Positions 1 through 15,000 of a stretch of DNA of 64,000 bases are shown here, piece after piece. Positions within the stretch are counted from its first letter, which is position 1. Each line of letters begins with the position of its first letter. The stretch is from Heterodontus francisci (taxonomy: Eukaryota), in NCBI RefSeq assembly GCF_036365525.1, contig NC_090399.1:67016862-67080861 (forward strand). The letters are read 5' to 3'. The translations under genes and the position numbers were made by a program. A model generated the notes under the pieces. The model ran no database searches and was not told the DNA's origin. It saw only the letters and a program-made list of their open reading frames with translations.

Positions 1-3000
1 TTACAGGGACTCTGTGTTGTGTTGAGTTACAGGGACTCTGTGTTGTGTATATTTACAGGGACTCTGTGTTGTGATTATTTACAGGGACTCTGTGTTGTGT
101 TGTGTTGATTTACAGGGACTCTGTGTTGTGTTGATTTACAGGGACTCTGTGTTGTGTTTATTTACAGGGACTCTGTTGTGTTGTGTTGTGTTGATTTACA
201 GGGACTCTGTGTTGTGTTTATTTACAGGGACTCTGTGTTGTGTTTATTTACAGGGACTCTGTGTTGTGTTGTGTCTATTTACAGGGACTCTGTGTTGTGT
301 TTATTTACAGGGACTCTGTGTTGTGTTTATTTACAGGGACTCTGTGTTGTGTTGTGTTTATTTACAGGGACTTTGTGTTGTGTTTATTTTCAGGGACTCT
401 GTGTTGTGTTGTGTTGATTTACAGGGACTCTGTGTTGTGTTTATTTACAGGGACTCTGTGTTGTGTTGATTTACAGGGGCTTTGTGTTGTGTTTCTTTAC
501 AGGGACTCTGTGTTGTGTTGTGTTTATTTACAGGGACTCTGTGTTGTGTTGATTTACAGGGACTCTGTGTTGTGTTGTGTTTATTTACAGGGACTCTGTG
601 TTGTGTTTATTTACAGGGACTCTGTGTTGTGTTGTGTTGATTTACAGGGGCTCTGTGTTGTGTTTATTTACAGGGACTCCGTGTTATGTTTATTTACAGG
701 GACTCTGTGTTGTGTTGTGTTTATTTACAGGGACTCTGTGTTGTGTTTATTTACAGGGACTCTGTGTTGTGTTGATTTACAGGGACTCTGTGTTGTGTTT
801 ATTTACAGGGACTCTGTTGTGTTTATTTACAGGGACTCTGTGTTGTGTTGTGTTTATTTACAGGGACTCTGTGTTGTGTTGTGTTTATTTACAGGGACTC
901 TGTGTTATGTTTATTTCCAGGGACTCTGTGTTGTGTTGTGTTTATTTACAGGGACTCTGTGTTGTGTTTATTTACAGGGACTCTGTGTTGTGTTGTGTTT
1001 ATTTACAGGGACTCTGTGTTGTGTTGTGTTGATTTACAGGGGCTCTGTGTTGTGTTTATTTACAGGGACTCCGTGTTGTGTTTATTTACAGGGACTCTGT
1101 GTTGTGTTGGGTTTATTTACAGGGACTCTGTGTTGTGTTTATTTACAGGGACTCTGTGTTGTGATTATTTACAGGGACTCTGTGTTGTGTTGTGTTGATT
1201 TACAGGGACACTGTGTTGTGTTGTGTTGATTTACAGAGACTCTGTGTTGTGTTTATTTACAGGGACTCTGTGTTGTGTTGTGTTGATTTACAGGGACTCT
1301 GTGTTGTGTTTATTTACAGGGACTCTGTGTTGTGTTTATTTACAGGGACTCTGTGTTGTGTTGATTTACAGGGGCTCTGTGTTGTGTTTCTTTACAGGGA
1401 CTCTGTGTTGTGTTGTGTTTATTTACAGGGACTCTGTGTTGTGTTGATTTACAGGGACTCTGTGTTGTGTTGTGTTTATTTACAGGGACTCTGTGTTGTG
1501 TTTATTTACAGGGACTCTGTGTTGTGTTGTGTTGATTTACAGGGGCTCTGTGTTGTGTTTATTTACAGGGACTCCGTGTTGTGTTTATTTACAGGGACTC
1601 TGTGTTGTGTTGTGTTTATTTACAGGGACTCTGTGTTGTGTTTATTTACAGGGACTCTGTGTTGTGTTGATTTACAGGGACTCTGTGTTGTGTTGATTTA
1701 CAGGGACTCTGTGTTGTGATTATTTACAGGGACTCTGTTGTGTTTATTTACAGGGACTCTGTGTTGTGTTGTGTTTATTTACAGGGACTCTGTGTTGTGT
1801 TGTGTTTATTTACAGGGACTCTGTGTTGTGTTGATTTACAGGGACTCTGTGTTGTGTTTATTTACAGGGACTCTGTGTTGTGTTTATTTACAGGGACTCT
1901 GTGTTGTGTTGATTTACAGGGACTCTGTGCTGTGTTGTGTTTATTTACAGGGACTCTGTGTTGTGTTTATTTACAGGGACTCTGTGTTGTGCTGTGTTTA
2001 TTTACAGGGACTCTGTTGTGTTAGGGTTTATTTACAGGGACTCTGTGTTGTGTTTATTTACAGGGACTCTGTGTTGTGTTTATTTACAGAGACTCTGTGT
2101 TGTGTTTATTTACAGGGACTCTGTGTTGTGTTTATTTACAGGGACTCTGTGTTGTGTTTATTTACAGCGACTCTGTGTTGTGTTTATTTACAGGGCCTCT
2201 GTGTTGTGTTTTGTTTATTTACAGGGACTCTGTGTTGTGTTTATTTACAGCGACTCTGTGTTGTGTTTATTTACAGGGCCTCTGTGTTGTGTTTTGTTTA
2301 TTTACAGGGACTCTGTGTTGTGTTTATTTACAGGGCCTCTGTGTTGTGTTGTGTTTATTTACAGGGACTCTGTTGTGTTTATTTACAGGGACTCTGTGTT
2401 GTGTTTATTTACAGGGACTCTGTGTTGTGTTGTGTTTATTTACAGGGACTCTGTTGTGTTTATTTACAGGGACTCTGTGTTATGTTTATTTACAGGGACT
2501 CTGTGTTGTGTTGTGTTTATTTACAGGGACTCAGTTGTGTTTATTTACAGGGACTCTGTGTTGTGTTGTGTTTATTTACAGGGGCTCTGTGTTGTGTTGT
2601 GTTTATTTACAGGGACTCTGTGTTGTGTTGTTTTGGGGTTTATTTACAGGGGCTCTGTTTTGTGTTGTGTTGGTCATTATTTACAGGGGCTCTGTGTTGT
2701 GTTGGGGTTTACTTACAGGGAGTCTGTGTTGTGTTGGGGTTTATTTACAGGGGCTCTGTGTTGTGTTTTGTTTATTTACAGGGACTCTGTGTTGTGTTGT
2801 GTTTATTTACAGGGGCTCTGTGTTGTGTTGTGTTTATTTACAGGGGCTCTGTGTTGTGTTGTGTTTATTTACAGGGACTCTGTGTTGTGTTTATTTACAG
2901 GGACTCTGTGTTGTGTTTATTTACAGGGACTCTGTGTTGTGTTGATTTACAGGGACTCTGTGTTAGGGTTTATTTACAGGGACTCTGTGTTGTGTTTATT

Positions 3001-6000
3001 TACAGGGACTCTGTGTTGTGTTTATTTACAGGGACTCTGTGTTGTGCTGTGTTTATTTACAGGGACTCTGTTGTGTTAGGGTTTATTTACAGGGACTCTG
3101 TGTTGTGTTTATTTACAGGGACTCTGTGCTGTGTTGTGTTTATTTACAGGGACTCTGTGTTGTGTTTATTTACAGGGACTCTGTGTTGTGCTGTGTTTAT
3201 TTACAGGGACTCTGTTGTGTTAGGGTTTATTTACAGGGACTCTGTGTTGTGTTTATTTACAGAGACTCTGTGTTGTGTTTATTTACAGGGACTCTGTGTT
3301 GTGTTTATTTACAGGGACTCTGTGTTGTGTTTATTTACAGCGACTCTGTGTTGTGTTTATTTACAGGGCCTCTGTGTTGTGTTTTGTTTATTTACAGGGA
3401 CTCTGTGTTGTGTTTATTTACAGCGACTCTGTGTTGTGTTTATTTACAGGGCCTCTGTGTTGTGTATTGTTTATTTACTGGGACTCTGTGTTGTGTTTAT
3501 TTACAGGGCCTCTGTGTTGTGTTGTGTTTATTTAAAGGGACTCTGTTGTGTTTATTTACAGGGACTCTGTGTTGTGTTTATTTACAGGGACTCTGTGTTG
3601 TGTTGTGTTTATTTACAGGGACTCTGTTGTGTTTATTTACAGGGACTCTGTGTTATGTTTATTTACAGGGACTCTGTGTTGTGTTGTGTTTATTTACAGG
3701 GACTCTGTTGTGTTTATTTACAGGGACTCTGTGTTATGTTTATTTACAGGGACTCTGTGTTGTGTTGTGTTTATTTACAGGGACTCTGTTGTGTTTATTT
3801 ACAGGGACTCTGTGTTGTGTTTATTTACAGGGGCTCTGTGTTGTGTTTATTTACAGGGACTCTGTGTTGTGTTTATTTACAGGGACTCTGTTGTGTTTAT
3901 TTACAGGGACTCTGTGTTATGTTTATTTACAGGGACTCTGTGTTGTGTTGTGTTTATTTACAGGGACTCTGTTGTGTTTATTTACAGGGACTCTGTGTTG
4001 TGTTTATTTACAGGGGCTCTGTGTTGTGTTTATTTACAGAGACTCTGTGTTGTGTTTATTTACAGGGACTCTGTGTTGTGTTTATTTACAGGGGCTCTGT
4101 GTTGTGTTGTGTTTATTTACAGGGGCTCTGTGTTGTGTTTCTTTACAGGGACTCTGTGTTGTGTTGTGTTTATTTACAGGGGCTCTGTGTTGTGTTGTGT
4201 TTATTTACAGGGGCTCTGTGTTGTGTTGTGTTTATTTACAGGGACTCTGTGTTGTGTTTATTTACAGGGGCTCTGTGTTGTGTTGTGTTTATTTACAGGG
4301 ACTCTGTGTTGTGTTTATTTACAGGGGCTCTGTGTTGTGTTGTGTTTATTTACAGGGGCTCTGTGTTGTGTTTCTTTACAGGGACTCTGTGTTGTGTTGT
4401 GTTTATTTACAGGGGCTCTGTGTTGTGTTGTGTTTATTTACAGGGGCTCTGTGTTGTGTTGTGTTTATTTACAGGGACTCTGTGTTGTGTTTATTTACAG
4501 GGACTCTGTGTTGTGTTGTGTTTATTTACAGGGACTCTGTGTTGTGTTTATTTACAGGGACTCTGTGTTGTGTTGTGTTTATTTACAGGGACTCTGTGTT
4601 GTGTTTATTTACAGGGGCTCTGTGTTGTGTTGTGTTTATTTACAGGGGCTCTGTGTTGTGTTGTGTTTATTTACAGGGACTCTGTGTTGTGTTTATTTAC
4701 AGGGACTCTGTGTTGTGTTGTGTTTCTTTACAGGGACTCTGGGTTGTGTTGTGTTTATTTACAGGGGCTCTGTGTTGTGTTGTGTTTATTTACAGGGACT
4801 CTGTGTTGTGTTTATTTACAGGGGCTCTGTGTTGTGTTGTGTTTATTTACAGGGACTCTGTGTTGTGTTTATTTACAGGGACTCTGTGTTGTTTTGTGTT
4901 TATTTACAGGGACTCTGTGTTGTGTTTATTTACAGGGACTCTGTGTTGTGTTGATTTACAGGGACTCTGTGTTGTGTTTATTTACAGGGACTCTGTGTTG
5001 TGTTGTGTTTATTTACAGGGGCTCTGTGTTGTGTTGTGTTTATTTACAGGGGCTCTGTGTTGTGTTGTGTTTATTTACAGGGACTCTGTGTTGTGTTTAT
5101 TTACAGGGGCTCTGTGTTGTGTTGTGTTTATTTACAGGGACTCTGTGTTGTGTTGTGTTTATTTACAGGGACTCTGTGTTGTGTTTATTTACAGGGACTC
5201 TGTGTTGTTTTGTGTTTATTTACAGGGACTCTGTGTTGTGTTTATTTACAGGGACTCTGTGTTGTGTTGATTTACAGGGACTCTGTGTTGTGTTTATTTA
5301 CAGGGACTCTGTGTTGTGTTGTGTTTATTTACAGGGGCTCTGTGTTGTGTTGTGTTTATTTACAGGGGCTCTGTGTTGTGTTGTGTTTATTTACAGGGAC
5401 TCTGTGTTGTGTTTATTTACAGGGACTCTGTGTTGTGTTTATTTACAGGGACTCTGTGTTGTGTTGATTTACAGGGACTCTGTGTTAGGGTTTATTTACA
5501 GGGACTCTGTGTTGTGTTTATTTACAGGGACTCTGTGTTGTGTTTATTTACAGGGACTCTGTGTTGTGCTGTGTTTATTTACAGGGACTCTGTTGTGTTA
5601 GGGTTTATTTACAGGGACTCTGTGTTGTGTTTATTTACAGGGACTCTGTGCTGTGTTGTGTTTATTTACAGGGACTCTGTGTTGTGTTTATTTACAGGGA
5701 CTCTGTGTTGTGCTGTGTTTATTTACAGGGACTCTGTTGTGTTAGGGTTTATTTACAGGGACTCTGTTGTGTTTATTTACAGGGACTCTGTGTTGTGTTT
5801 ATTTACAGAGACTCTGTGTTGTGTTTATTTACAGGGACTCTGTGTTGTGTTTATTTACAGGGACTCTGTGTTGTGTTGATTTACAGGGACTCTGTGTTGT
5901 GTTTATTTACAGGGACTCTGTGTTGTGTTTATTTACAGGGACTCTGTGTTGTGTTTATTTACAGGGACTCTGTGTTGTGTTTATTTACAGGGACTCTGTT

Positions 6001-9000
6001 GTGTTGATTTACAGGGACTCTGTGTTGTGTTTATTTACAGGGACTCTGTGTTGTGTTTATTTACAGGGACTCTGTGTTGTGTTTATTTACAGGGACTCTG
6101 TGTTGTGTTGATTTACAGGGACTCTGTGTTGTGTTTATTTACAGGGACTCTGTGTTGTGTTTATTTACAGGGACTCTGTGTTGTGTTTATTTACAGGGAC
6201 TCTGTGTTGTGTTTATTTACAGGGACTCTGTGTTGTGTTGATTTACAGGGACTCTGTGTTGTGTTTTGTTTATTTACAGGGACTCTGTGTTGTGTTTATT
6301 TACAGCGACTCTGTGTTGTGTTTATTTACAGGGCCTCTGTGTTGTGTTTTGTTTATTTACAGGGACTCTGTGTTGTGTTTATTTACAGGGCCTCTGTGTT
6401 GTGTTGTGTTTATTTACAGGGACTCTGTTGTGTTTATTTACAGGGACTCTGTGTTGTGTTTATTTACAGGGACTCTGTGTTGTGTTGTGTTTATTTACAG
6501 GGACTCTGTTGTGTTTATTTACAGGGACTCTGTGTTATGTTTATTTACAGGGACTCTGTGTTGTGTTGTGTTTATTTACAGGGACTCTGTTGTGTTTATT
6601 TACAGGGACTCTGTGTTATGTTTATTTACAGGGACTCTGTGTTGTCTTGTGTTTATTTACAGGGACTCTGTTGTGTTTATTTACAGGGACTCTGTGTTGT
6701 GTTTATTTACAGGGGCTCTGTGTTGTGTTTATTTACAGGGACTCTGTGTTGTGTTTATTTACAGGGACTCTGTTGTGTTTATTTACAGGGACTCTGTGTT
6801 ATGTTTATTTACAGGGACTCTGTGTTGTGTTGTGTTTATTTACAGGGACTCTGTTGTGTTTATTTACAGGGACTCTGTGTTGTGTTTATTTACAGGGGCT
6901 CTGTGTTGTGTTTATTTACAGAGACTCTGTGTTGTGTTTATTTACAGGGACTCTGTGTTGTGTTTATTTACAGGGGCTCTGTGTTGTGTTGTGTTTATTT
7001 ACAGGGGCTCTGTGTTGTGTTTCTTTACAGGGACTCTGTGTTGTGTTGTGTTTATTTACAGGGGCTCTGTGTTGTGTTGTGTTTATTTACAGGGGCTCTG
7101 TGTTGTGTTGTGTTTATTTACAGGGACTCTGTGTTGTGTTTATTTACAGGGGCTCTGTGTTGTGTTGTGTTTATTTACAGGGACTCTGTGTTGTGTTTAT
7201 TTACAGGGGCTCTGTGTTGTGTTGTGTTTATTTACAGGGGCTCTGTGTTGTGTTTCTTTACAGGGACTCTGTGTTGTGTTGTGTTTATTTACAGGGGCTC
7301 TGTGTTGTGTTGTGTTTATTTACAGGGGCTCTGTGTTGTGTTGTGTTTATTTACAGGGACTCTGTGTTGTGTTTATTTACAGGGACTCTGTGTTGTGTTG
7401 TGTTTATTTACAGGGACTCTGTGTTGTGTTTATTTACAGGGACTCTGTGTTGTGTTGTGTTTATTTACAGGGACTCTGTGTTGTGTTGTGTTTATTTACA
7501 GGGACTCTGTGTTGTGTTTATTTACAGGGACTCTGTGTTGTTTTGTGTTTATTTACAGGGACTCTGTGTTGTGTTTATTTACAGGGACTCTGTGTTGTGT
7601 TGATTTACAGGGACTCTGTGTTGTGTTTATTTACAGGGACTCTGTGTTGTGTTGTGTTTATTTACAGGGGCTCTGTGTTGTGTTGTGTTTATTTACAGGG
7701 GCTCTGTGTTGTGTTGTGTTTATTTACAGGGACTCTGTGTTGTGTTTATTTACAGGGACTCTGTGTTGTGTTTATTTACAGGGACTCTGTGTTGTGTTGA
7801 TTTACAGGGACTCTGTGTTAGGGTTTATTTACAGGGACTCTGTGTTGTGTTTATTTACAGGGACTCTGTGTTGTGTTTATTTACAGGGACTCTGTGTTGT
7901 GCTGTGTTTATTTACAGGGACTCTGTTGTGTTAGGGTTTATTTACAGGGACTCTGTGTTGTGTTTATTTACAGGGACTCTGTGTTGTGTTTATTTACAGA
8001 GACTCTGTGTTGTGTTTATTTACAGGGACTCTGTGTTGTGTTTATTTACAGGGACTCTGTGTTGTGTTTATTTACAGGGACTCTGTGTTGTGTTGATTTA
8101 CAGGGACTCTGTGTTGTGTTTATTTACAGGGACTCTGTGTTGTGTTTATTTACAGGGACTCTGTGTTGTGTTTATTTACAGGGACTCTGTGTTGTGTTTA
8201 TTTACAGGGACTCTGTGTTGTGTTTATTTACAGGGACTCTGTGTTGTGTTTATTTACAGGGACTCTGTGTTGTGTTTATTTACAGGGACTCTGTGTTGTG
8301 TTGATTTACAGGGACTCTGTGTTGTGTTTATTTACAGGGACTCTGTGTTGTGTTTATTTACAGGGACTCTGTGTTGTGTTGATTTACAGGGACTCTGTGT
8401 TGTGTTTTGTTTATTTACAGGGACTCTGTGTTGTGTTTATTTACAGCGACTCTGTGTTGTGTTTATTTACAGGGCCTCTGTGTTGTGTTTTGTTTATTTA
8501 CAGGGACTCTGTGTTGTGTTTATTTACAGGGCCTCTGTGTTGTGTTGTGTTTATTTACAGGGACTCTGTTGTGTTTATTTACAGGGACTCTGTGTTGTGT
8601 TTATTTACAGGGACTCTGTGTTGTGTTGTGTTTATTTACAGGGACTCTGTTGTGTTTATTTACAGGGACTCTGTGTTATGTTTATTTACAGGGACTCTGT
8701 GTTGTGTTGTGTTTATTTACAGGGACTCTGTTGTGTTTATTTACAGGGACTCTGTGTTATGTTTATTTACAGGGACTCTGTGTTGTGTTGTGTTTATTTA
8801 CAGGGACTCTGTTGTGTTTATTTACAGGGACTCTGTGTTGTGTTTATTTACAGGGGCTCTGTGTTGTGTTTATTTACAGGGACTCTGTGTTGTGTTTATT
8901 TACAGGGACTCTGTTGTGTTTATTTACAGGGACTCTGTGTTATGTTTATTTACAGGGACTCTGTGTTGTGTTGTGTTTATTTACAGGGACTCTGTTGTGT

Positions 9001-12000
9001 TTATTTACAGGGACTCTGTGTTGTGTTTATTTACAGGGGCTTTGTGTTGTGTTTATTTACAGAGACTCTGTGTTGTGTTTATTTACAGGGACTCTGTGTT
9101 GTGTTTATTTACAGGGGCTCTGTGTTGTGTTGTGTTTATTTACAGGGGCTCTGTGTTGTGTTTCTTTACAGGGACTCTGTGTTGTGTTGTGTTTATTTAC
9201 AGGGGCTCTGTGTTGTGTTGTGTTTATTTACAGGGACTCTGTGTTGTGTTTATTTACAGGGACTCTGTGTTGTGTTGTGTTTATTTACAGGGACTCTGTG
9301 TTGTGTTGTGTTTATTTACAGGGACTCTGTGTTGTGTTTATTTACAGGGACTCTGTGTTGTTTTGTGTTTATTTACAGGGACTCTGTGTTGTGTTTATTT
9401 ACAGGGACTCTGTGTTGTGTTGATTTACAGGGACTCTGTGTTGTGTTTATTTACAGGGACTCTGTGTTGTGTTGTGTTTAGTTACAGGGGCTCTGTGTTG
9501 TGTTGTGTTTATTTACAGGGGCTCTGTGTTGTGTTGTGTTTATTTACAGGGACTCTGTGTTGTGTTTATTTACAGGGACTCTGTGTTGTGTTTATTTACA
9601 GGGACTCTGTGTTGTGTTGATTTACAGGGACTCTGTGTTAGGGTTTATTTACAGGGACTCTGTGTTGTGTTTATTTACAGGGACTCTGTGTTGTGTTTAT
9701 TTACAGGGACTCTGTGTTGTGCTGTGTTTATTTACAGGGACTCTGTTGTGTTAGGGTTTATTTACAGGGACTCTGTGTTGTGTTTATTTACAGGGACTCT
9801 GTGTTGTGTTTATTTACAGGGACTCTGTGTTGTGTTTATTTACAGGGACTCTGTGTTGTGTTTATTTACAGGGACTCTGTGTTGTGTTTATTTACAGGGA
9901 CTCTGTGTTGTGTTTATTTACAGGGACTCTGTGTTGTGTTTATTTACAGGGACTCTGTGTTGTGTTTATTTACAGGGACTCTGTGTTGTGTTTATTTACA
10001 GGGACTCTGTGTTGTGTTGATTTACAGGGACTCTGTGTTGTGTTTATTTACAGGGACTCTGTGTTGTGTTTATTTACAGGGACTCTGTGTTGTGTTGATT
10101 TACAGGGACTCTGTGTTGTGTTTTGTTTATTTACAGGGACTCTGTGTTGTGTTTATTTACAGCGACTCTGTGTTGTGTTTATTTACAGGGCCTCTGTGTT
10201 GTGTTTTGTTTATTTACAGGGACTCTGTGTTGTGTTTATTTACAGGGCCTCTGTGTTGTGTTGTGTTTATTTACAGGGACTCTGTTGTGTTTATTTACAG
10301 GGACTCTGTGTTGTGTTTATTTACAGGGACTCTGTGTTGTGTTGTGTTTATTTACAGGGACTCTGTTGTGTTTATTTACAGGGACTCTGTGTTATGTTTA
10401 TTTACAGGGACTCTGTGTTGTGTTGTGTTTATTTACAGGGACTCTGTTGTGTTTATTTACAGGGACTCTGTGTTATGTTTATTTACAGGGACTCTGTGTT
10501 GTGTTGTGTTTATTTACAGGGACTCTGTTGTGTTTATTTACAGGGACTCTGTGTTGTGTTTATTTACAGGGGCTCTGTGTTGTGTTTATTTACAGGGACT
10601 CTGTGTTGTGTTTATTTACAGGGACTCTGTTGTGTTTATTTACAGGGACTCTGTGTTATGTTTATTTACAGGGACTCTGTGTTGTGTTGTGTTTATTTAC
10701 AGGGACTCTGTTGTGTTTATTTACAGGGACTCTGTGTTGTGTTTATTTACAGGGGCTCTGTGTTGTGTTTATTTACAGAGACTCTGTGTTGTGTTTATTT
10801 ACAGGGACTCTGTGTTGTGTTTATTTACAGGGGCTCTGTGTTGTGTTGTGTTTATTTACAGGGGCTCTGTGTTGTGTTTCTTTACAGGGACTCTGTGTTG
10901 TGTTGTGTTTATTTACAGGGGCTCTGTGTTGTGTTGTGTTTATTTACAGGGGCTCTGTGTTGTGTTGTGTTTATTTACAGGGACTCTGTGTTGTGTTTAT
11001 TTACAGGGGCTCCGTGTTGTGTTGTGTTTATTTACAGGGACTCTGTGTTGTGTTTATTTACAGGGGCTCTGTGTTGTGTTGTGTTTATTTACAGGGGCTC
11101 TGTGTTGTGTTTCTTTACAGGGACTCTGTTGTGTTGTGTTTATTTACAGGGGCTCTGTGTTGTGTTGTGTTTCTTTACAGGGGCTCTGTGTTGTGTTGTG
11201 TTTATTTACAGGGACTCTGTGTTGTGTTTATTTACAGGGACTCTGTGTTGTGTTTATTTACAGGGACTCTGTGTTGTGTTGTGTTTATTTACAGGGACTC
11301 TGTGTTGTGTTTATTTACAGGGGCTCTGTGTTGTGTTGTGTTTATTTACAGGGGCTCTGTGTTGTGTTGTGTTTATTTACAGGGACTCTGTGTTGTGTTT
11401 ATTTACAGGGACTCTGTGTTGTGTTGTGTTTCTTTACAGGGACTCTGTGTTGTGTTGTGTTTATTTACAGGGGCTCTGTGTTGTGTTGTGTTTATTTACA
11501 GGGACTCTGTGTTGTGTTTATTTACAGGGGCTCTGTGTTGTGTTGTGTTTATTTACAGGAACTCTGTGTTGTGTTGTGTTTATTTACAGGGACTCTGTGT
11601 TGTGTTTATTTACAGGGACTCTGTGTTGTTTTGTGTTTATTTACAGGGACTCTGTGTTGTGTTTATTTACAGGGACTCTGTGTTGTGTTGATTTACAGGG
11701 ACTCTGTGTTGTGTTTATTTACAGGGACTCTGTGTTGTGTTGTGTTTATTTACAGGGACTCTGTGTTGTGTTTATTTACAGGGACTCTGTGTTGTGTTGA
11801 TTTACAGGGACTCTGTGTTAGGGTTTATTTACAGGGACTCTATGTTGTGTTTATTTACAGGGACTCTGTGTTGTGTTTATTTACAGGGACTCTGTGTTGT
11901 GCTGTGTTTATTTACAGGGACTCTGTTGTGTTAGGGTTTATTTACAGGGACTCTGTGTTGTGTTTATTTACAGGGACTCTGTGCTGTGTTGTGTTTATTT

Positions 12001-15000
12001 ACAGGGACTCTGTGTTGTGTTTATTTACAGGGACTCTGTGTTGTGCTGTGTTTATTTACAGGGACTCTGTTGTGTTAGGGTTTATTTACAGGGACTCTGT
12101 GTTGTGTTTATTTACAGGGACTCTGTGTTGTGTTGATTTACAGGGACTCTGTGTTAGGGTTTATTTACAGGGACTCTGTGTTGTGTTTATTTACAGGGAC
12201 TCTGTGTTGTGTTTATTTACAGGGACTCTGTGTTGTGCTGTGTTTATTTACAGGGACTCTGTTGTGTTAGGGTTTATTTACAGGGACTCTGTGTTGTGTT
12301 TATTTACAGGGACTCTGTGTTGTGTTTATTTACAGAGACTCTGTGTTGTGTTTATTTACAGGGACTCTGTGTTGTGTTTATTTACAGGGACTCTGTGTTG
12401 TGTTTATTTACAGGGACTCTGTGTTGTGTTGATTTACAGGGACTCTGTGTTGTGTTTATTTACAGGGACTCTGTGTTGTGTTTATTTACAGGGACTCTGT
12501 GTTGTGTTTATTTACAGGGACTCTGTGTTGTGTTTATTTACAGGGACTCTGTGTTGTGTTGATTTACAGGGACTCTGTGTTGTGTTTATTTACAGGGACT
12601 CTGTGTTGTGTTTATTTACAGGGACTCTGTGTTGTGTTGATTTACAGGGACTCTGTGTTGTGTTTTGTTTATTTACAGGGACTCTGTGTTGTGTTTATTT
12701 ACAGCGACTCTGTGTTGTGTTTATTTACAGGGCCTCTGTGTTGTGTTTTGTTTATTTACAGGGACTCTGTGTTGTGTTTATTTACAGGGCCTCTGTGTTG
12801 TGTTGTGTTTATTTACAGGGACTCTGTTGTGTTTATTTACAGGGACTCTGTGTTGTGTTTATTTACAGGGACTCTGTGTTGTGTTGTGTTTATTTACAGG
12901 GACTCTGTTGTGTTTATTTACAGGGACTCTGTGTTATGTTTATTTACAGGGACTCTGTGTTGTGTTGTGTTTATTTACAGGGACTCTGTTGTGTTTATTT
13001 ACAGGGACTCTGTGTTATGTTTATTTACAGGGACTCTGTGTTGTGTTGTGTTTATTTACAGGGACTCTGTTGTGTTTATTTACAGGGACTCTGTGTTGTG
13101 TTTATTTACAGGGGCTCTGTGTTGTGTTTATTTACAGGGACTCTGTGTTGTGTTTATTTACAGGGACTCTGTTGTGTTTATTTACAGGGACTCTGTGTTA
13201 TGTTTATTTACAGGGACTCTGTGTTGTGTTGTGTTTATTTACAGGGACTCTGTTGTGTTTATTTACAGGGACTCTGTGTTGTGTTTATTTACAGGGGCTC
13301 TGTGTTGTGTTTATTTACAGAGACTCTGTGTTGTGTTTATTTACAGGGACTCTGTGTTGTGTTTATTTACAGGGGCTCTGTGTTGTGTTGTGTTTATTTA
13401 CAGGGGCTCTGTGTTGTGTTTCTTTACAGGGACTCTGTGTTGTGTTGTGTTTATTTACAGGGGCTCTGTGTTGTGTTGTGTTTATTTACAGGGGCTCTGT
13501 GTTGTGTTGTGTTTATTTACAGGGACTCTGTGTTGTGTTTATTTACAGGGGCTCCGTGTTGTGTTGTGTTTATTTACAGGGACTCTGTGTTGTGTTTATT
13601 TACAGGGGCTCTGTGTTGTGTTGTGTTTATTTACAGGGGCTCTGAGTTGTGTTTCTTTACAGGGACTCTGTGTTGTGTTGTGTTTATTTACAGGGGCTCT
13701 GTGTTGTGTTGTGTTTATTTACAGGGGCTCTGTGTTGTGTTGTGTTTATTTACAGGGACTCTGTGTTGTGTTTATTTACAGGGACTCTGTGTTGTGTTTA
13801 TTTACAGGGACTCTGTGTTGTGTTGTGTTTATTTACAGGGACTCTGTGTTGTGTTTATTTACAGGGGCTCTGTGTTGTGTTGTGTTTATTTACAGGGGCT
13901 CTGTGTTGTGTTGTGTTTATTTACAGGGACTCTGTGTTGTGTTTATTTACAGGGACTCTGTGTTGTGTTGTGTTTCTTTACAGGGACTCTGTGTTGTGTT
14001 GTGTTTATTTACAGGGGCTCTGTGTTGTGTTGTGTTTATTTACAGGGACTCTGTGTTGTGTTTATTTACAGGGGCTCTGTGTTGTGTTGTGTTTATTTAC
14101 AGGAACTCTGTGTTGTGTTGTGTTTATTTACAGGGACTCTGTGTTGTGTTTATTTACAGGGACTCTGTGTTGTTTTGTGTTTATTTACAGGGACTCTGTG
14201 TTGTGTTTATTTACAGGGACTCTGTGTTGTGTTGATTTACAGGGACTCTGTGTTGTGTTTATTTACAGGGACTCTGTGTTGTGTTGTGTTTATTTACAGG
14301 GACTCTGTGTTGTGTTTATTTACAGGGACTCTGTGTTGTGTTGATTTACAGGGACTCTGTGTTAGGGTTTATTTACAGGGACTCTGTGTTGTGTTTATTT
14401 ACAGGGACTCTGTGTTGTGTTTATTTACAGGGACTCTGTGTTGTGCTGTGTTTATTTACAGGGACTCTGTTGTGTTAGGGTTTATTTACAGGGACTCTGT
14501 GTTGTGTTTATTTACAGGGACTCTGTGCTGTGTTGTGTTTATTTACAGGGACTCTGTGTTGTGTTTATTTACAGGGACTCTGTGTTGTGCTGTGTTTATT
14601 TACAGGGACTCTGTTGTGTTAGGGTTTATTTACAGGGACTCTGTGTTGTGTTTATTTACAGGGACTCTGTGTTGTGTTTATTTACAGAGACTCTGTGTTG
14701 TGTTTATTTACAGGGACTCTGTGTTGTGTTTATTTACAGGGACTCTGTGTTGTGTTTATTTACAGCGACTCTGTGTTGTGTTTATTTACAGGGCCTCTGT
14801 GTTGTGTTTTGTTTATTTACAGGGACTCTGTGTTGTGTTTATTTACAGCGACTCTGTGTTGTGTTTATTTACAGGGCCTCTGTGTTGTGTTTTGTTTATT
14901 TACAGGGACTCTGTGTTGTGTTTATTTACAGGGCCTCTGTGTTGTGTTGTGTTTATTTACAGGGACTCTGTTGTGTTTATTTACAGGGACTCTGTGTTGT

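Noticed and set aside
2020-14625. TTAGGG hexamers in the satellite as telomeric sequence
   Set aside because: They are isolated point variants of TTGTGT, never tandem.
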